Virus record (IMG/VR): IMGVR_UViG_3300017950_001657
Length of the DNA stretch: 20,000 bases
Reading direction: 5' to 3' (one strand)
From: an uncultured virus (IMG/VR IMGVR_UViG_3300017950_001657)
Taxonomy: Duplodnaviria > Heunggongvirae > Uroviricota > Caudoviricetes
Shown here piece after piece: positions 16,764 through 20,000 of the stretch (positions are counted from its first letter, which is position 1; every line of letters starts with the position of its first letter). The notes under the pieces are model-generated. The model was not told where the DNA came from, searched no databases, and saw nothing but the letters and a program-made list of their open reading frames with translations. Made by a program: the position numbers and the translations under genes.

Positions 16764-18099
16764 TCCAAAACTCTGACATTTCAGGAAATGTTTCTAAAAA
16801 GTTCGTACCGCGTCTGCGATCATGTTCACTAAAAAATCTATAAAAGTCTGCTCTGCGTGTATCAATGTCACTTACATTATCCACACCTTGCATCCATGCT
16901 AGATCACGTCTCATCTTTAGTACTTCGTAGTCCTTAAATCCGTGCATCTCATCTAAATTGGATTCCATAAATTTTATACAGTCTTTAAGATATAACTGAT
17001 ATGCCGGAGTTAATATCTGCATACTTTGCCATTCAGGAGTATACAGTAATGGAGTATCAAACCAAATACGCTGATAACTTTTGGTATAAGTCTTGCGAAG
17101 GTATAAAATATACTCTAGCAGTTTCTGCAGACTAATAATACTTAAATTATTCATTGTAATTATCAAGGTAAGACTGGAACGCTCAGGAACCTCTTTTATA
17201 AACTGTTCAATGCGTGACTTACAAAGTTCAAAGTCAAGTCCATGCCTAATGTATTCTGCTTGTGCACCCCAAGTATCCAAGCTGACAAACTGCATGAAGT
17301 GTTCTATTTGTTCGCCAGTGCATAGTCGTTTAACATAGTCCATGTAGCGAGTAAAGATACGTTCGTCCACACTAAAGTTACTTGTTACGTTTAAGTGAAG
17401 ATCAGGCTTTGGGTTCTCAAGTACATAATCAAACACACGATAGGTGTTTGGATCCATGGTAGGTTCGCCGCCGGTCATACGAAAGTGTTTAAGGTCTTTG
17501 TATAGGTCTGGCCACCAACGCCAGAATGCTTCACGATATGGATTAGTGTCCCTATTAGGAATAGGCTTACGTTCGCCTTTAAAATGTGCAGGATCATTAT
17601 GAGGAGTGCTTGTAGGATAAGCACCAAACTCATCTGCTTCACGTTCCCATGTACTGCTAAACTGTGGACTACAATAACTACACTTTAGATTACAACTGTT
17701 ATTAAAGTTAACTTCTACGTAACTGGGATTAACATCTGCTTGTGGGTTTGCTACAATGTCTTCGAATGCCTCCATAGCCCAAGGCTCACCGCTGCGATAA
17801 TGCCTATCACTGAGGTCACCGTTTTTCTCAATATTCCAACAGTAGTTACATTCGGCACACTTTACACCTGCCATCATTTCGGCACGTCGTTCTTTCTTGT
17901 GTGCTGTATTGTGTAGTGCGCTTGGATTACTTGCTAGTGGCTCTACGGGTATGCGGTGCAATGGGGGATGGTAGCAACTGTTAGTATGCCCTGTTGTTAG
18001 ATGTAAACTAACTTGTTTCCATTTTGCCAAGCAGAAACTGCCGCTAACACCTGCCATACGTGCTTTTGCTATGTTTGCGTCTGTCAGATAGTCACTCAT
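16729..18099 (-). CDS. Radical SAM protein with N-terminal Twitch-like domain (subtype B)
   Basis: FCLAKW...GHTNSCYHP...CNYCWNIE...SDRHYRS, then NSCNLKCSYC and TGGEPTM. Confidence 0.93.
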   Translation of the reverse strand: MSDYLTDANIAKARMAGVSGSFCLAKWKQVSLHLTTGHTNSCYHPPLHRIPVEPLASNPSALHNTAHKKERRAEMMAGVKCAECNYCWNIEKNGDLSDRHYRSGEPWAMEAFEDIVANPQADVNPSYVEVNFNNSCNLKCSYCSPQFSSTWEREADEFGAYPTSTPHNDPAHFKGERKPIPNRDTNPYREAFWRWWPDLYKDLKHFRMTGGEPTMDPNTYRVFDYVLENPKPDLHLNVTSNFSVDERIFTRYMDYVKRLCTGEQIEHFMQFVSLDTWGAQAEYIRHGLDFELCKSRIEQFIKEVPERSSLTLIITMNNLSIISLQKLLEYILYLRKTYTKSYQRIWFDTPLLYTPEWQSMQILTPAYQLYLKDCIKFMESNLDEMHGFKDYEVLKMRRDLAWMQGVDNVSDIDTRRADFYRFFSEHDRRRGTNFLETFPEMSEFWNECKYIANSFS

Positions 18100-19027
18100 T
18101 GGCTAACTCTATCAAACGTTGTTGATTATTTTTAAGCCTGTCAGTTATAGTGTTGTAGTCTACAGGGTTTCGCATAAACTTTTGTAAACTATTAAAAACT
18201 TTATCCACTCTTATATAGCTGCTTTCGGTATCATAGGTTTTATCTAGTATATCATCGAACGTATCAAAACCTAATTCTCTGAGATTACGCTCATAGTTAG
18301 GACTTCCTATTACTAGAAAAAGTCTACCGTAATATATTGGCCTAAATATTTTTTCTGTCATAAAAAAAGTTCCAGAAGCTATATTTGTTTCGCACACAAT
18401 TTCAATAGCTATATTATTATACGTTTCATGCCAAATTGGATCCAAGTCAAATCTACAAATCTGTGTAAATGTATCTTGTGTACCGAAATGAAAATTTTTA
18501 TCTATAATATCACTATAGGGCAGGATTGGTTTTATTTCCTGCCATTTTTCGTTGTTTTCACAAATAAAGGGAGTGAAATCACAGTTGGATTCTAAAGTAT
18601 TATTAATGTTTACATGGCAAGTAGCGATACAGTTTTGCATCTTTCTTGATTTCCAAAATGCATATAAACGTTCATTAGTACCTCTACCTGTAAACAAACC
18701 AAAATTATTTTTATATGGATTGTTGAAGTCAATAGGTTTTAAATTTTTTGGCAGTAGACGGTTTTTAACTGTATTTACAACAAATGTTTCACTTTTGCCT
18801 AGCCTATCTGTAGATTCAAAAGTTATATTACTATACGGAATATGAAGTTTATTGGCAATGTCTTTTACTATATTTTCTATACCATTGGCAACAATATCCC
18901 AGCCATCAGTACCTAAACTTAAAACAATAGGTTTACCTGTTTTATGTATTGCTGCTATTTCTAGTGCTAGAAGATGAGTGTCTCTAATGTGACTAGCACC
19001 GCAGTATTTTGTTAAATCAATCTTCAC
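18092..19027 (-). CDS. Putative GT10-like glycosyltransferase, paralog 4
   Basis: GLFTGRGTNER...IVCET...FMTEKIFRPIYYGRLFLVIG...LRELGFDTFDD. Likely start is GTG at 19027, overlapping the upstream stop (track uses TTG at 19084). Confidence 0.6.
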   Translation of the reverse strand: MKIDLTKYCGASHIRDTHLLALEIAAIHKTGKPIVLSLGTDGWDIVANGIENIVKDIANKLHIPYSNITFESTDRLGKSETFVVNTVKNRLLPKNLKPIDFNNPYKNNFGLFTGRGTNERLYAFWKSRKMQNCIATCHVNINNTLESNCDFTPFICENNEKWQEIKPILPYSDIIDKNFHFGTQDTFTQICRFDLDPIWHETYNNIAIEIVCETNIASGTFFMTEKIFRPIYYGRLFLVIGSPNYERNLRELGFDTFDDILDKTYDTESSYIRVDKVFNSLQKFMRNPVDYNTITDRLKNNQQRLIELANE

Positions 19028-19556
19028 GCAAAAACCCACTAATTTGCATGGTGTATTTGTCTTGCATGCCTGCATTAGCACCAAGATGTATTACACTGCT
19101 ATCCCATAGTAATGCATCACCTTGTTTCCAATGTGTAAAGTTTTTAAATTCCTTACCGTCTTCGCTATACTGTATAAAATGTCCCAGACAGTAATCTTCC
19201 ATATGTATATTGGCACGTACTTTAAGTTCTGTTCTTTCAGGAAATTTTTTATTGATCTGATAAAATGTATCTCTATGTAGTGGTATAACACAACCTGGGG
19301 GTTGTTTAATGGCGCTGACAGTAACAACTTCGATACCTATCTGATTGCCAATTTCATCGAAATCAATATCATCCTTAGTATACCATAACTGATGTATGCG
19401 AGTATTAAGGTATTCGTAAGCAGTAGGTGCACCATATTTTTTATGAAGATCTGTTAGTTCATGTACCTGATGACTAATACAACTACCTTCATGTAATGTA
19501 AAGTCTGCTTGTAAAAACTTGTCGTAATCTATATTTAATTTAAGTTTCTTAAACAT
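19017..19556 (-). CDS. 2OG-Fe(II) oxygenase / cupin-fold protein
   Basis: QPPGCVIPLHRD (HxD), WKQGDALLWD, and IHLGANAGMQDKYTMQISG (distal His followed by the final strand), typical of DSBH oxygenases. Confidence 0.78.
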   Translation of the reverse strand: MFKKLKLNIDYDKFLQADFTLHEGSCISHQVHELTDLHKKYGAPTAYEYLNTRIHQLWYTKDDIDFDEIGNQIGIEVVTVSAIKQPPGCVIPLHRDTFYQINKKFPERTELKVRANIHMEDYCLGHFIQYSEDGKEFKNFTHWKQGDALLWDSSVIHLGANAGMQDKYTMQISGFLRED

Positions 19557-20000
19557 TTACCATCCTTCAACTTTCCTAATAACTTCTAGTTCTGTAGTCA
19601 TAGGATCATATGCGTGATAAGTCTGACTGTAGTAGTGTTTAAAGAACCGGCTCTCTTCTGCTGTATAATCCACAATAGGAAGTTCTAGTTTACGTCTAAG
19701 TTGCACACCATATTCTGTAAAGTTAGTATCCAACCAAGATTGTTCTTCTTCCCAAATCTGATCAAGGGCTGCAAAGTCTCTTACTTCATGCCAGTCCCAG
19801 TCTGTCAGCATGAGCTTGTATGTGCCATAACGTGCACCATACATTGCTTCATAACCATACTCAGTGTCCTGTCCTACACTTTGCCAGATGCAGAGCTTGT
19901 CAAAGTTTTTTGCGTGTACCTGCTGTTTGAATTCTTCCAGTGTAGGCTTGCGTCCTTTCATCAAACACATCTTTACACCTTCTCTGAATCCTGCACGCCA
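19557..20000 (-). CDS. C-terminal part of a GT-A-like protein (5' truncated), related to 1724-2965
   Basis: Frame is open to the window edge: WRAGFREGVKMCL..., matching WRTAFRECVKL in 1724-2965. 'IWQSVGQDTEYGYEAMYGARYG' matches 'QWSTVGNGENGEWSVRGAEDA'. Confidence 0.65.
   Translation of the reverse strand, partial: WRAGFREGVKMCLMKGRKPTLEEFKQQVHAKNFDKLCIWQSVGQDTEYGYEAMYGARYGTYKLMLTDWDWHEVRDFAALDQIWEEEQSWLDTNFTEYGVQLRRKLELPIVDYTAEESRFFKHYYSQTYHAYDPMTTELEVIRKVEGW

Noticed and set aside
606..19327. Numerous short antisense or alternate-frame ORFs in the track (e.g. 606-842, 1672-1863, 2139-2393, 5692-5988, 7685-7990, 11024-11440, 13676-13963, 18552-18845, 19091-19327)
   Set aside because: They lie within or opposite well-supported genes, mostly start at TTG/GTG and show no recognisable motifs, so they are treated as shadow ORFs.
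1..20000. tRNA/rRNA, CRISPR arrays, transposases, introns/inteins, stop-codon recoding, promoters and intrinsic terminators
   Set aside because: There is essentially no non-coding space, ORFs are intact under the standard code with TAA, TAG and TGA all used as stops, and no repeat-spacer pattern or convincing promoter or terminator was seen by eye.

Overview
Gene-dense, standard-code DNA that most resembles a large tailed-phage genome (inference from thyX, dCMP deaminase, small orphan ORFs, near-zero intergenic space and no host housekeeping context). A short + strand block (3' end of thyX, a small hypothetical, an RNA-polymerase-omega-like protein, a DegT-family aminotransferase) converges on a >18 kb - strand run of overlapping or abutting genes (1724-20000). 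That run reads like a carbohydrate or small-molecule tailoring cluster: five radical SAM enzymes with N-terminal Twitch/SPASM-type Cys motifs, four paralogous GT10-like 'TEK..KP..GF.TF' proteins, two GT-A-like proteins, an NDP-sugar epimerase, two SGNH-like proteins, a 2OG-Fe(II)/cupin oxygenase, a NodU/CmcH/TobZ carbamoyltransferase, a small membrane protein, a dCMP deaminase and a 356-aa unknown. The most notable unlisted items are a 33-aa peptide ending in PFIYK coupled to the carbamoyltransferase (possible Tyr-based carbamoyl shuttle, SxtK/DltX-like), an RpoZ-like protein, and a perfect 16-bp palindrome encoding KEFF in both convergent genes. All family calls come from motif recognition by eye; no searches were run.
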